From Nostoc sp. (lineage in GTDB: Bacteria; Cyanobacteriota; Cyanobacteriia; Cyanobacteriales; Nostocaceae): 64,000 nt of DNA. A model generated the notes under the pieces. It ran no database searches. It was not told the DNA's origin and was given only the letters and a program-made list of their open reading frames with translations. Below, piece by piece: positions 10,137-21,845 of this stretch (the stretch's first letter is position 1; every line of letters starts with the position of its first letter). The position numbers and the translations under genes were made by a program. The DNA lies in the NCBI GenBank assembly GCA_036918135.1, contig JBALDB010000051.1, positions 160,001-224,000 on the forward strand. Direction: 5' to 3'.

Positions 10137-11378
10137 TTAAGTAGTGTATTCTGCGTTAATCCTCACGTAGTCATAACTCAAATCACAACCCCAGGCTTTA
10201 GCTGTACCATAACCATTGCCAACACTAACAGAAATTAGGACTGTATCTTCTTGAAGATAAGCACCCACCGCTGCTTGTTTCAAATAGGCGCTGGCTGCTG
10301 CACGGTCAAATTGTAAGGGTTGCCCATTTTCTAACATTAAAAAATTCCCTAGCTTGATTTGCAGGTTTTCTTGCTCAAAAGGCACACCTGCACGTCCGGC
10401 AGCAGCGGCGATACGTCCCCAGTTGGGGTCATGTCCAAAGATTGCAGATTTAACTAAGGATGAACCAGCGATGGTTTTGGCTATTTGTCTGGCTGAGAAT
10501 TCATCAAGGGCGCCAGTTACTTCTACTTCTATCAGGCAGGTTGCACCTTCACCATCACGAGCGATCGCTTTGGCTAAATGCTGGCAAACTGCTGTTAACA
10601 TCGCTTCTAATCTCTCTGATTCTACGCCCACTTCTGTAATTGCTGGGGTGCGAGATTGACCGTTTGCCAAGGCGATTAAGCTATCGTTAGTACTGGTATC
10701 ACCATCCACGGTAATCGAATTAAAACTTCTATCAGCTGCCCTAGTTAACATCTGCTGCCAAAGATTTGGTGAAACGGCTGCGTCACAAGTCACAAATCCC
10801 AGCATAGTTGCCATGTTGGGGTGAATCATGCCGGAACCCTTGGCAATACCGCCAATCCGCACGGGGCGATCGCCTATAGTTGTCTCTAAGGCAATGGATT
10901 TTGTTACTAGATCTGTGGTGATAATTGCACTGGCAGCTGCATCTGAGCCTGTTTGGGATAGTGCTTCTACTAGCTTCGGAATCCCACTTCGCAAAGCATC
11001 CATTTTGATACGTTGACCAATCACCCCAGTAGACGCCAATAACACAGATTCAGACGGAATTTTTAGTGCTTGGGCTATTGCCATCCCCGATTCTAAGGCA
11101 TCAAACCAGCCTTGATTTCCTGTAGCGGCGTTTGCTTGCCCAGCGTTGCAAAGAATAGCACGAGCGCTATGTTTAGCTTGCAAGCGTTGGCGACAATATT
11201 CTACGCAAGCAGCTTTTACCTGACTAGTAGTGAATACACCAGCTGCGATCGCTTCTACATCTGAAAATATCAAAGCTAAATCTGGTAACCCCGAAGGCTT
11301 CAGTCCTGCGGTAATTCCTGCCGCCTGATACCCCCTTGGTGCTGTAATTCCACCTGTTATTTTTTGCCAATCTGCCAT
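10137..11378 (-). CDS. argJ: Bifunctional ornithine acetyltransferase / N-acetylglutamate synthase
   Basis: KGSGMIHPNMATML autocleavage motif, VDGDTSTND, ARDGEGAT, WGCDLSYDYVRINAEY. Confidence 0.97.
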   Translation of the reverse strand: MADWQKITGGITAPRGYQAAGITAGLKPSGLPDLALIFSDVEAIAAGVFTTSQVKAACVEYCRQRLQAKHSARAILCNAGQANAATGNQGWFDALESGMAIAQALKIPSESVLLASTGVIGQRIKMDALRSGIPKLVEALSQTGSDAAASAIITTDLVTKSIALETTIGDRPVRIGGIAKGSGMIHPNMATMLGFVTCDAAVSPNLWQQMLTRAADRSFNSITVDGDTSTNDSLIALANGQSRTPAITEVGVESERLEAMLTAVCQHLAKAIARDGEGATCLIEVEVTGALDEFSARQIAKTIAGSSLVKSAIFGHDPNWGRIAAAAGRAGVPFEQENLQIKLGNFLMLENGQPLQFDRAAASAYLKQAAVGAYLQEDTVLISVSVGNGYGTAKAWGCDLSYDYVRINAEYTT

Positions 11379-11756
11379 GATTCTTCCTTACAACTACTGA
11401 GTTATGAGTTAGGAGTTATGAATTAGGAGTTATGAATTATTCTCCTGACCTATGCGTCCTTACGTCTCCCCACTCCCTAGTTGCTTTTATTGTGAGTTTA
11501 TTTGCTGATGGCAATAAATAATAATGCACCACTTGACGATTAGCATAATTATTTTTACCTTTCTTATGACGAAAGACAAATGCAAAAAAGGAGAGCGACT
11601 TAAGTAGCTCTCCAGATCATCAGGGTGCATCTACTTACCAGAGCATACCATTTTATGTATGCGTGTTGTCACCAGTTTAATTATGAAGATTCTGTAAAGA
11701 AGCACCGGGAAAATACTTAGGTAATAGGGCATGGAGAAGAGGCTCCAGGGGCATTG

Positions 11757-11885
11757 AAAGTGTGGGAGGTGTGGGAGGTGTGGGAGGTGTGGAAGGATGG
11801 AGAAGAAATCTTGCCCCCCTCTCTCCCCACACTCCCCACACTTCCGCATCTTCTCATCTCCCCACACTCCCCCATCTCTCCACTC
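11757..11885. repeat. Low-complexity GTGTGGGAG / CTCCCCACA inverted repeat block downstream of gatB
   Basis: Tandem GTGTGGGAG units followed by complementary CCCCACACT units. A near-identical block lies at 19697-19750. Confidence 0.75.
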
Positions 11886-11903
11886 TCAACTAATACTTAA
11901 GTA

Positions 11904-13379
11904 CTAGGCGTTGAGTTTTTTCTCAACCAATTCATTAGTCAGCTTCGGATCGGCACGTTTGCTTGTCTTTTTCAAAACTTGTCCGACGAAGAAGCCTTTG
12001 AGGTTGGTGTTACCGTTGCGATACTTTTCTAGTTCTTTGGGATTAGCGGCTATAACCTCATCAACGATGGGTTCGAGGACACTAGGATCGGCGATCAGTT
12101 CTTGTCCAGCAAAAGCTTTTTCCGGAGAAATACCATTGAGCAAATCTGGCAGTTTTTCTTTGGCTTGGGCGTTGCTAATTTTGCCCGTTTCAATTCTATT
12201 GATGATATCTGCTAAATTGTTGGGAGTCAGGGCGATTTCACTGATAGTGAGTTTTTGCTTATTAAGGTATGCGGCGATATCTTGAGTAATCCAGTTGGCG
12301 GCAGCTTTGGGATTTGCTCCAGCTTTAATAGCCGCTTCAAAATATTCCGATACAGGACGATCTTCTGTCAATACTCGCGCATCATAGGCCGAAAGTCCCA
12401 ATTCATTTTCGTAATGATGGCGTTTTTGGGCTGGTAGTTCTGGTAGTTCGCTGCGCCATGTTTCTAATTCTTCGTCTGACACCTCAATTGGCGCTAAATC
12501 TGGTTCGGGAAAGTAGCGGTAATCACTCGAACCTTCCTTCACCCGCATACTACTTGTACGTTGTGCGCCTTCTTCCCACAGACGAGTTTCTTGGATAATG
12601 CGATCGCCTGCTTCGATAGCTACGATTTGGCGCTCAATTTCGTAGTCAATCGCCCGTTGGATAGCGCTAAATGAGTTCATGTTTTTAATTTCTACTTTCG
12701 TGCCAAACTTCTCTTGTCCCACTGGACGCACAGAAATGTTGACATCGCAACGTAAAGATCCTTCTTGCATGTTGCCATCGCTAACACCGAGATAGCGCAC
12801 AATCCGGCGTAGTTCTTGGGCATATTCAGCAGCTTCGAGTCCAGAACGCATGTCTGGTTCTGAGACAATTTCTACTAATGGTACACCTGCACGATTGTAG
12901 TCCACTAGAGAATAAGCAGAACCAGAAAGGCGATCGCTGCCTGCATGTACTAATTTTCCGGCATCTTCCTCCATGTGCAAACGCGTAATACCAATGCGTT
13001 TGCGATTAGGGTTACCCTCAGCATCTACCAACTCAATTTCTAACCAACCATGTTCGGCGATCGGCAGGTCATATTGAGAAATTTGGTAATTTTTTGGTAA
13101 ATCTGGATAAAAATACTGTTTACGGTCAAATTTACTATATTTAGCTATCTGACAATTCAGTGCCAAACCTGCTTTGACAGCATATTCTAATACCTTTTGA
13201 TTTAGTACAGGTAAAACCCCAGGTAAACCCATACAAACTGGGTCGATGTTAGTATTGGGGTCAGCACCAAACGCTGTAGAGCTAGTAGAGAAAATCTTGC
13301 TATTAGTACTGAGTTGACAATGGGTTTCTAGACCAATAATCGCTTCGTACTCAGTTTTTACAGTTGTAGCAGAGGTCAT
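11904..13379 (-). CDS. gatB: Asp/Glu-tRNA amidotransferase subunit B
   Basis: IGLETHCQL, FDRKQYFYPDLPKNYQISQ, HMEEDAGK, SDGNMQEGSLRCDVN, DYRYFPEPDL. Confidence 0.98.
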   Translation of the reverse strand: MTSATTVKTEYEAIIGLETHCQLSTNSKIFSTSSTAFGADPNTNIDPVCMGLPGVLPVLNQKVLEYAVKAGLALNCQIAKYSKFDRKQYFYPDLPKNYQISQYDLPIAEHGWLEIELVDAEGNPNRKRIGITRLHMEEDAGKLVHAGSDRLSGSAYSLVDYNRAGVPLVEIVSEPDMRSGLEAAEYAQELRRIVRYLGVSDGNMQEGSLRCDVNISVRPVGQEKFGTKVEIKNMNSFSAIQRAIDYEIERQIVAIEAGDRIIQETRLWEEGAQRTSSMRVKEGSSDYRYFPEPDLAPIEVSDEELETWRSELPELPAQKRHHYENELGLSAYDARVLTEDRPVSEYFEAAIKAGANPKAAANWITQDIAAYLNKQKLTISEIALTPNNLADIINRIETGKISNAQAKEKLPDLLNGISPEKAFAGQELIADPSVLEPIVDEVIAANPKELEKYRNGNTNLKGFFVGQVLKKTSKRADPKLTNELVEKKLNA

Positions 13380-13911
13380 AATATCACTAATTTGGGCATA
13401 ATCCTTCCTAGTGGTACTATTGTAGCGGCGTCTGGAGTTGCCCTGAAGACGGTTATTTGGGTGAATTATCCTGACTTAAAAAAACTTAGTCAAGTGTTTG
13501 TCATTAGTTATTGGCGATCAATTATTAACAAACGAGGAAACCTAACAGCTTAATATCATATATTTCTACTATATAAATGTTTCTCAAGGATTAGTTTGGC
13601 ATTTCTTTGCAATACTTAACTACTTTCTAATTAAAAAAGGTTAACATAGATTAAAAATAATAAATAACATCATAATTTATTAAGTTTATCAAGCTAAATT
13701 GAGAGTATGCTTAATCATTAGAAGTCTAGTTGAAAAATTAAGTAATTAGGTGCAAACAAAATTAAATATTTCTCTTAATGTTTTATAGTAATAAAACAAA
13801 ATTTATTTGTGCCAACTTACTAACTAGATTATCAAATAAGACGGTGAAAATCCAATTGAGAGCAAGTACTCATAGCGAGAACAAAAGTAAACTTAACAAC
13901 AATCACGTAAG

Positions 13912-14763
13912 ATGATACAAAAAATTTTGCTGGCTGTATCGGGATTGGGACATGCAGAAGAAATGCTCAAAACCCTCAAAGAAATCCCTTCAATTCAATC
14001 TGCAAAAGTTACAATTTTGCATGTTGTTCCTGCAAAAAGTACTGCTGCTACCATGACAGCTAAATGGGAAGATGGCGGGAAAATTTTGGCTAATGCCATT
14101 CAAACTTTAAATTTAGACCCTAGCCAGGTTTCTTCAATTTTGCGCCAAGGTGACCCTAAAGATGTGGTTTGTCAAGTAGCTGATGAAATTGATGCTGATT
14201 TAATTATTATGGGTTCACGCGGACTCAAGCGGCTACAATCTATTTTATCGAACTCGGTCAGTCAGTATGTTTTTCAGCTATCTTCTCGCCCCATGTTGCT
14301 GGTGAAAGATGACATTTATGTCAAAAGAATTAAGCGCATTATGGTGGCAATAGACAATTCGGATGCAGCAAAAAACTGCTTGAAGTTGGCACTGTTTTTA
14401 CTGCGAGATATTCAGGGCGGTGAGTTGATTTTAGCAAATATTAGCACAGATTTTGGCGGTAAAAAATCAGAAATAACTCAGGTTACTTCCGATAAAAATC
14501 CAGTTTTGGCAGCCGCAGTTACAGAAGCTCAAAAATTAGGCATCCAACCTCGTTGTTATATCAGCAGTGGCAAACCAGGTGAAGAAATTTGTCGGTTAGC
14601 AGAGCAGTTGAATGTAGACTTATTATTACTCGGTTCTCCAGATCGCCGTCCATCGATCGCTAAGACTTTTGTTGATATAGACCGACTCATTGGCGCTTCT
14701 TTGTCTGATTACGTTCGCGTCAATGCCACTTGTCCAGTACTATTAGCGCGAACCATCGCTTAA
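13912..14763 (+). CDS. Universal stress protein (tandem UspA domains)
   Basis: KILLAV start, ADLIIMGSRG and a second domain beginning RIMVAID, ending CPVLL. Confidence 0.9.
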   Translation: MIQKILLAVSGLGHAEEMLKTLKEIPSIQSAKVTILHVVPAKSTAATMTAKWEDGGKILANAIQTLNLDPSQVSSILRQGDPKDVVCQVADEIDADLIIMGSRGLKRLQSILSNSVSQYVFQLSSRPMLLVKDDIYVKRIKRIMVAIDNSDAAKNCLKLALFLLRDIQGGELILANISTDFGGKKSEITQVTSDKNPVLAAAVTEAQKLGIQPRCYISSGKPGEEICRLAEQLNVDLLLLGSPDRRPSIAKTFVDIDRLIGASLSDYVRVNATCPVLLARTIA

Positions 14764-15025
14764 GATAAACGCTGCTGAGTATCAGTTTTGTACTTAGATA
14801 GGAAGCAAGCCAGATTGGTCTCTACAACTAGGCAGGTTGATACAGCAGTTTTCGTTTACATCAAGTCCAAAGTCACAGGTTTTGAGGCAGGAGGCAGAAG
14901 CCAGAAAGAATAAACAATAATTAGAGTTTTGAATTCTCAGTTTTGTAGCTCATCAACCTGCAATACGCTGTAAACAAAAACCCCTACAGTGTTAATGCAG
15001 GGGCATTTATTTTATACACGAACTC

Positions 15026-15142
15026 TTAACTATCTTTTCCACCTTCGCGGCTAGCAGTTTGGATGTACAGAATTAATAAAAACACAGTGGGTACAAGTAC
15101 GAACAAAATGCTCGCTACGAACCCCAGGTCATTAACTTGCAT
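15026..15142 (-). CDS. psbM: Photosystem II reaction centre protein M (38 aa, absent from the ORF track)
   Basis: Translated by hand: [38 protein letters not shown]. Confidence 0.95.
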   Translation of the reverse strand: MQVNDLGFVASILFVLVPTVFLLILYIQTASREGGKDS

Positions 15143-15256
15143 GGCAAGAAAGCCTCTCTTAAATTTCCAATCAACAACATTAGGATATCATCGATGACAG
15201 AGTTAGCTCAAATTTTTTACTTGCTTAAATGCTAGCCACGCATAATTCTAAAAAAC

Positions 15257-15553
15257 TTAAGGCTTTGTAACCACACTCACAGCGCCATTTACTAAAGTTT
15301 GACAAGCAAGCCGATAATTTTCCGGCTTTTTCTTTAATTTTCGGTTCTCTACATCTGTGCGGGGGGAAAGATTCTGTTGTCCTTCCACTATCTCAACAAT
15401 GCAAGTGCCACACTGACCATAGCCACCGCAATTTGTCATCTTGCCAATCAATGTATATATATCAATGTTATTTTCCATCGCTTTGAGCCGGAGATTTGCA
15501 CCATCTGCCGCCACTACTTCTTTATTTTCTTTAACAAATTTGATATTACCCAT
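15257..15553 (-). CDS. 2Fe-2S ferredoxin-like protein
   Basis: [10 protein letters not shown]...RLACQ cluster motif. ATG at 15553 follows a GGAG ribosome-binding site; the ORF track starts at 15589. Confidence 0.9.
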   Translation of the reverse strand: MGNIKFVKENKEVVAADGANLRLKAMENNIDIYTLIGKMTNCGGYGQCGTCIVEIVEGQQNLSPRTDVENRKLKKKPENYRLACQTLVNGAVSVVTKP

Positions 15554-15689
15554 AGCTGATTCCTCCTTGAGTGTAAGCTTGGCTTTCAAGGCATCATATT
15601 GACATGGCTTGATTCATACCTTACTAATTATAATAATTCATTACAAAATATTAATAAATGTTAATTTTACAAACATGATGCCACAAAAA

Positions 15690-15714
15690 TAGGACAGGCA
15701 TAGTACCTGTCCTC
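15690..15714 (-). terminator. Hairpin downstream of psbK
   Basis: Stem AGGACAGG-N-CCTGTCCT followed by a T-run on the minus strand. Confidence 0.5.
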
Positions 15715-15739
15715 AGTAAAAATTGCAAAGCAAATTAAC

Positions 15740-15877
15740 TTACCTAAATCCCACGGCTGCTTGCCAAACGAAAGCAAGCAACAAGAAGAATACGGGGATA
15801 ACTGGGAGAACATCCACTAAAGGATCGAAGATTTGGTAAGCTTCAGGCAGTTTTGCTAATAAAAGTGCTGCTTCCAT
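15740..15877 (-). CDS. psbK: Photosystem II reaction centre protein K (45 aa, absent from the ORF track)
   Basis: Translated by hand: [45 protein letters not shown]. Confidence 0.97.
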
Positions 15878-16052
15878 GTTTGTTTAAATCCACCTATCCA
15901 ACACAGCGTTAATAATTGAGAAATATCTTAACATGGTTTGGTCATTGACCATTTGTCATTAGTCATTGGTCATTGGGAGTGTTGACTGATGACTGATGAG
16001 TTAAGAATTATTTTGTTTGTCCCCTTGTCTTCCCACCTCCTCATCTCCCCAT

Positions 16053-17201
<1,149 letters not shown>

Positions 17202-17409
17202 CTACACAATATAGGGGCAAATTAGAAATTGCCCCTACATTAATAAAGCCCAGCCTCACATAGAATTGCGATAACACTTGCTAAGCTAATGTGCGTCCAA
17301 GCTACATATTCTCTACTTAAGACCCTCCTTTGTCCAAAGTCCAATTGGTAATAACAAAGAACAGCCTTCATCAGTTGTTATACAATATTAAATATCTTTT
17401 AATTTATTT

Positions 17410-17496
17410 AAGGGACTGAAAAATAAAAAATATCCCATTGTTCATAGTTAACAGCTATCACTTCAAACGGGATAATTTATTTCTTGAAGTTCTCTA
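17410..17496. mobile_element. Short MITE-like element (AGGGACT...-ended family)
   Basis: Imperfect inverted ends AGGGACTGAAAAATAAAAAATATCCC and GGGATAATTTATTTCTTGAAGTTCTCT. Same end family as 21846-22091. Confidence 0.5.
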
Positions 17497-17499
17497 TCT

Positions 17500-17952
17500 T
17501 TAAAAAGAATCAGAACAGTCATCATCCATTTCTGCATCCCATCTAGCTGAGAGTACTTGCTCCATCATCGCTTCTATGGCACTGACATTGAAGCTTCTTT
17601 CTCTTCGCTCTTGCAAAGGAGTTGACCGAGGAATTAACCGTAAACACACTCCTTCTTGTATCAAATTAAAGTATGTTTCTTGCTGGGATGACTGTTTAAG
17701 TTCTAAATAATCAAAACTACAAACATTCAAATATAAGGCGTGGTTAGCGACTAAGGTAGACCTTTGCGGATTAGCAAAAACTTCCATCACATCCCCCTCA
17801 CCCTCACTCAGTACCTTGTCTTCTTGGGTGTAGATGTAGTGGACTCGACCTAAATCTGTCAGTAATCGCCGCATGTCGAGCTTATTCACAATGATGCCCG
17901 CATTCACAATGCACGGAGCTAATATTCTGGTGTCAGGTAGATGGTGACTCAT
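17500..17952 (-). CDS. Hypothetical protein (about 150 aa)
   Basis: Uninterrupted ORF of ordinary composition with an acidic C-terminus. The ATG at 17952 is preferred over the ORF-track start at 18003. No family recognised. Confidence 0.7.
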   Translation of the reverse strand: MSHHLPDTRILAPCIVNAGIIVNKLDMRRLLTDLGRVHYIYTQEDKVLSEGEGDVMEVFANPQRSTLVANHALYLNVCSFDYLELKQSSQQETYFNLIQEGVCLRLIPRSTPLQERRERSFNVSAIEAMMEQVLSARWDAEMDDDCSDSF

Positions 17953-18066
17953 AGGGAAATAGCGATTGAGCAAGGGAAAGTAACAACATAGTTGAACAGT
18001 CAAATTAAGTAGCCTTGTTTACTCCCTATTTTTAAAAAAATATCAATTTTCTGGGGTTATTGTCTA

Positions 18067-18200
18067 TTGACACTCTCCCAAATTTGATTCGGGAGGTTCT
18101 TGAATCAAAGAGTTCACTAGATTAGGTTCCTTGCGTCACCTAAGCTAGAGGTAGTTCTTTCTCCAAGTTTTGACTTGCCGCCGCAGGGGCGGTAGTTTGT
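18067..18200 (-). mobile_element. IS200/IS605 (TnpB-type) right end / omega-RNA scaffold-like remnant without a tnpB ORF
   Basis: Minus strand reads CTACCGCCCCTGCGGCGGCAAG...CAAGAACCTCCCGAATCAAATTTGGGAGAGTGTCAA. This is a subterminal hairpin ending in GTGTCAA, as recalled for cyanobacterial IS605 ends. Confidence 0.6.
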
Positions 18201-18864
18201 TGTTAAATACTATTCATCTAGTTCCCGTGAAGATTTAACCTATTCCTGGGAAGGCAGCAGAGTGAATGAGTTCCTCAGCATAAAGGAGCCAGCGCTGTGG
18301 ACGGGTTTCCCGACTTGTTCGCGCAGCGTCTTTGATAGGAGAGGCGACTGGCGTCAACTGCCGTCAAAAACTAGAACTATGGAATAGAACCCCATATCTT
18401 CAATTGTCAAGGTACAAAACGGCAGTTGCTCTAGAGGGTATCCCAAGATCACACTGCCCTACTTGTAAGGTAGTATTAGGGTTTTTTAAGTGGTTGATTA
18501 GTTTTACCACTATTTGTATTTTACCATGTTGACGCTTTCTTAAAATCTGCGTTAGTGCTGCATTTCTAATTTCAAGATATGGAGTTTCGCATCTATAGCT
18601 CAGGGCGATAATCTAAAGTAAGTTCTTTGTTCAGCAATACAAAATACGAATTTACTCCTTGATAGAATTGTAATGTTTTCAAATAATATATTTGTATTAT
18701 ATAGTACTTATAACTTATGAGTTACCACTGAAATTTAGCATAACAAAATTTTCAGGGAGAATCTCTAATAGAAGTAAATCTTATCTAAAGCTTTAAAGTC
18801 TACTGATGTGAGTTGTACTGAAACCGAGACTAGTATCCAGCAACTAACTATTAATTTAACTCAA

Positions 18865-19638
18865 ATGAGCGAACAGCACCAATGGTGGAAAAACCTGCTG
18901 TTAAAAATAGCAGCAAGTATTATATTTTACACAATAATCCCCCTGCCGTATTTGAATGAATTAGACTTTCGAGGGGTAGCACGTCTTGCTTCAACTGTAG
19001 GATTGCTAATTGGGATAATTTTAGGGTTATTGGATACAGGGATGAATTACATTGGTATACCAGTGCTAACTCGTAGTGCTTTGGTAGTAAGTATTTGGAT
19101 TGCTATAACTGGAGGACTGCACCTAGATGGGGCAATGGATACTGCTGACGGCTTAGCAGTAGGCGATCGAGATCGACGATTGGAGGTGATGGCAGATAGT
19201 GCTACAGGTGCTTTCGGGGCAATGGCAGCGATCGCCTTAGTACTATTAAAGATAACAGCCTTAACGGATATCCCAAACAACCGTTGGCTGGTATTGATGG
19301 CTGCTTGTGGTTGGGGACGCTGGGGACAGCAGGTAGCGATCGCTCGATATCCTTACCTCAAACCAACTGGCAAAGGTGCCTTTCACAAACAAGCCATTCG
19401 TTCTCACAAAGATTTGTTACCAGGATTATTGTTGCTATTGGGTTTGAGTGGTTTAGTGTGGCTGATGGATAAACAGCAGTTATTTTTGGCAATAGGAATG
19501 ATAGTAGCTGGAAGTGCGATCGCCACTTTCACAGCTGCCTGGTTCAACTACAAATTAGGCGGACACACAGGAGATACCTACGGCGCAGTTGTTGAGTGGA
19601 CTGAAGCCTTATTTCTGTGTGTACTGACCGCTTTTTAG
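18865..19638 (+). CDS. cobS: Adenosylcobinamide-GDP ribazoletransferase (cobalamin synthase)
   Basis: [25 protein letters not shown] and [10 protein letters not shown] motifs in a membrane protein. ATG 18865 preferred over GTG 18808. Confidence 0.95.
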   Translation: MSEQHQWWKNLLLKIAASIIFYTIIPLPYLNELDFRGVARLASTVGLLIGIILGLLDTGMNYIGIPVLTRSALVVSIWIAITGGLHLDGAMDTADGLAVGDRDRRLEVMADSATGAFGAMAAIALVLLKITALTDIPNNRWLVLMAACGWGRWGQQVAIARYPYLKPTGKGAFHKQAIRSHKDLLPGLLLLLGLSGLVWLMDKQQLFLAIGMIVAGSAIATFTAAWFNYKLGGHTGDTYGAVVEWTEALFLCVLTAF

Positions 19639-19644
19639 AGACTG

Positions 19645-19832
19645 GGGACTGGAAGTGTGGGAGGTTTTGGAGGTGTGGGAGGATGGGGAACAAATGCAGG
19701 TGTGGGAGGATGGGGAACAAATCTTGCCCCCCTCTCTCCCCACACTCCCCCATCTGGTCATCTTTTCCTCCCTCTCTCCCCACACTCCCCACACTCCCCC
19801 ATCCCCTCATCTCCCCATTGCCCCCAATCCCA
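19645..19832. repeat. GTGTGGGAG / CTCCCCACA low-complexity inverted repeat block between convergent genes
   Basis: GGTGTGGGAGGATGGGGAACAAAT occurs twice, followed by complementary C-rich units. Related to 11757-11885. Confidence 0.75.
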
Positions 19833-19834
19833 CT

Positions 19835-20290
19835 TCATTTAATCGGTTGCAACTTTGTTACCTTAAGCTTAAATGGCCCAACCCCAGTTTCTCCAAAAGA
19901 GCGGACGCGAATAACATAAGTCCCTGTCTCTACAATCCGAGTAAATAGTAGAGAATTGCTACTACCATCAGGGCCATCATCATTTTCTGCCAAAGTTGAA
20001 CCATCAGGTGACAGCAGTGTGATAATGCTGTCAAAGCTTTCAGATGAGAGGTCAACTGCTAAATTATCGCCCTTTTGTAGCTTGACTGCGTAATCACGAG
20101 CAAACCCACCTTGACCTGTAGGAATATCTTTGTCCGAAAGGCTATCGTCAATTTCAGTACTGTTAGATACAACAATTGGACTATACAACTTATTTTGAGC
20201 AAAAGCTGCACTTGTACTTATACTTATTGCCATTAACGTAGCAGAAACCATCCACAACTGTTTTAAACCCACCCTAAAAGCTTTATTCAT
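19835..20290 (-). CDS. Secreted PPC (pre-peptidase C-terminal) domain protein
   Basis: Signal peptide ending in AFA; SESFDSIITL...ENDDG...GTYVIRVRSF pattern. Confidence 0.8.
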   Translation of the reverse strand: MNKAFRVGLKQLWMVSATLMAISISTSAAFAQNKLYSPIVVSNSTEIDDSLSDKDIPTGQGGFARDYAVKLQKGDNLAVDLSSESFDSIITLLSPDGSTLAENDDGPDGSSNSLLFTRIVETGTYVIRVRSFGETGVGPFKLKVTKLQPIK

Positions 20291-20362
20291 ACATTTCAAG
20301 CAATTTTTCCATAAAAATACGGTAATTTGGTCACTTATAGGCTTTTGTGTCCAAGTTGCCCA

Positions 20363-21052
20363 TTAATTCTTAATTGAGCCGTCTTTGACGGTAGTGGCTA
20401 CTGCTACTAGTCCTAAGACTACAATTCCATACTCCCGAAGTGTTTGCACAGCAGATCTGGCAGTAGCACCAGTAGTATAAATGTCGTCCACTAACAGTAC
20501 TGGGACATTTGGGTAACTATAGCGAAATTCTTGACTAACAGCAAAAGCTGTCTTCAAGTTTTGTTCTCGTTGAGATACTGATAAACCAAATTGTGCTTCA
20601 GTTTGTCGCACTCTTGTTAAACCATTTCGTTTCAATTTTAATCCAGTTATTTGGCAGAAGCTTTGTCCTATGAGTGCAGCTTGATTATATTTACGTTGCT
20701 TTTGCTTGCTAGCATGGAGTGGAATAGGAATTACTATAGGTTGGCTATCCCGTCTCGGTGAATTCAACAACCATGCTTCCCCTAACCATTGACCCAAAGG
20801 ACGAGCTATTTGGGGTTGATTTTCGTATTTCATCGCGGCTATTGCCCTTTTGACTATACCCCCATACTCACCCCAGCTAAACACTGGTAGTGGTTCTTGC
20901 CACTGAGAAACCGGATTTTGACGTTGACATTTTCGTAGTTGTTTAGTGCAATTGTCACAGAATTCTTGGGAAGTTGAGCGTTTGCATAGGGGGCAATGGG
21001 ATTGGAGAAAAAGATTAAGTAAGCTTGTGAGATTTTGAGCCAAAGTGTGCAT
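20363..21052 (-). CDS. comF: ComF-family phosphoribosyltransferase-like competence protein
   Basis: N-terminal CPLC...CDNC zinc finger, PIPLH, YNQA and LLVDDIYTTGAT. Confidence 0.9.
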   Translation of the reverse strand: MHTLAQNLTSLLNLFLQSHCPLCKRSTSQEFCDNCTKQLRKCQRQNPVSQWQEPLPVFSWGEYGGIVKRAIAAMKYENQPQIARPLGQWLGEAWLLNSPRRDSQPIVIPIPLHASKQKQRKYNQAALIGQSFCQITGLKLKRNGLTRVRQTEAQFGLSVSQREQNLKTAFAVSQEFRYSYPNVPVLLVDDIYTTGATARSAVQTLREYGIVVLGLVAVATTVKDGSIKN

Positions 21053-21104
21053 TTAGAATTATCCTTTGTCATTTGTCCAAAGTCTAATGACCAATGACCA
21101 ATGA

Positions 21105-21596
21105 CTAATGACCATTGACTAATGACTTAAAATAGACACGATCGCAGCGTTTTGTTTCTACTCCCGTTGCTGGTTTGTAGCCGTTGCTTTCATACAGCTT
21201 GACTGCTTCCACCAAAACACTGGCGGTTTCAATCCAAATTTGCTCAAAACCACGTTCTGCGATCGCTGCTTCTAGCTGTTGTAACAAAAATTTCCCCAAT
21301 CCTAAACCCCTAATGCTGGGCAAAAGATACATTTTGCGGATTTCTACAGCTTTTTGTCCGCGTTCTATGGGATAGTATGCCCCAGTACCTACTAATTGGC
21401 TTTGGTGTTCGATTACCCAAAACTCGCCGCCAGTAGCTAAATAAGATTCCTCTACTTGCAGCACGTCTCGGTCAGCACCATTTGGTTCCCAACCCAAACC
21501 GTATTCTGATAATACATAACTGATTACTTGGACAGCTCTTGTGCGATCGCTTTCCACCCAATTACGAATTAAAAACTCTTGATAATATTTTTCCAT
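21105..21596 (-). CDS. GNAT-family N-acetyltransferase
   Basis: EIRKMYLLPSIRGLGLGK acetyl-CoA motif A; AVKLYESNGY. Confidence 0.9.
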   Translation of the reverse strand: MEKYYQEFLIRNWVESDRTRAVQVISYVLSEYGLGWEPNGADRDVLQVEESYLATGGEFWVIEHQSQLVGTGAYYPIERGQKAVEIRKMYLLPSIRGLGLGKFLLQQLEAAIAERGFEQIWIETASVLVEAVKLYESNGYKPATGVETKRCDRVYFKSLVNGH

Positions 21597-21845
21597 ACCA
21601 TTTACTGGTCAAGTTTACCCAGAAAATTTTTCTGGTTCTATATCCCAATTTACTCAGCAAATAGCTTTTCTGGCAGAGTCTAGTTGTGGCGCTGCGAAAT
21701 TAAAGTATGAATTGACATTTTTCGATATGACTAAACAACGATTCTTTGAGCCTTTGCACAGTAGTCCCTCATAGGAAGCCAGTTCCCTACAAAGAGAAAC
21801 CTAAGGACTGAACTCACTGTGCTGCCTTGAAAAGCCCTGAGACTA

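Noticed and set aside
11631..11867. ORF with PHLPHLPH repeats
   Set aside because: Translation of the GTGTGGGAG low-complexity repeat; no coding evidence.
18332..18532. 66-aa ORF with CPTC, as a possible TnpB zinc finger
   Set aside because: It lies on the strand opposite the IS end, has a TTG start inside a repeat and shows no RuvC motifs.
19544..19948. Five overlapping short ORFs
   Set aside because: All arise from the G/C-rich repeat block between cobS and the PPC gene and overlap real genes.
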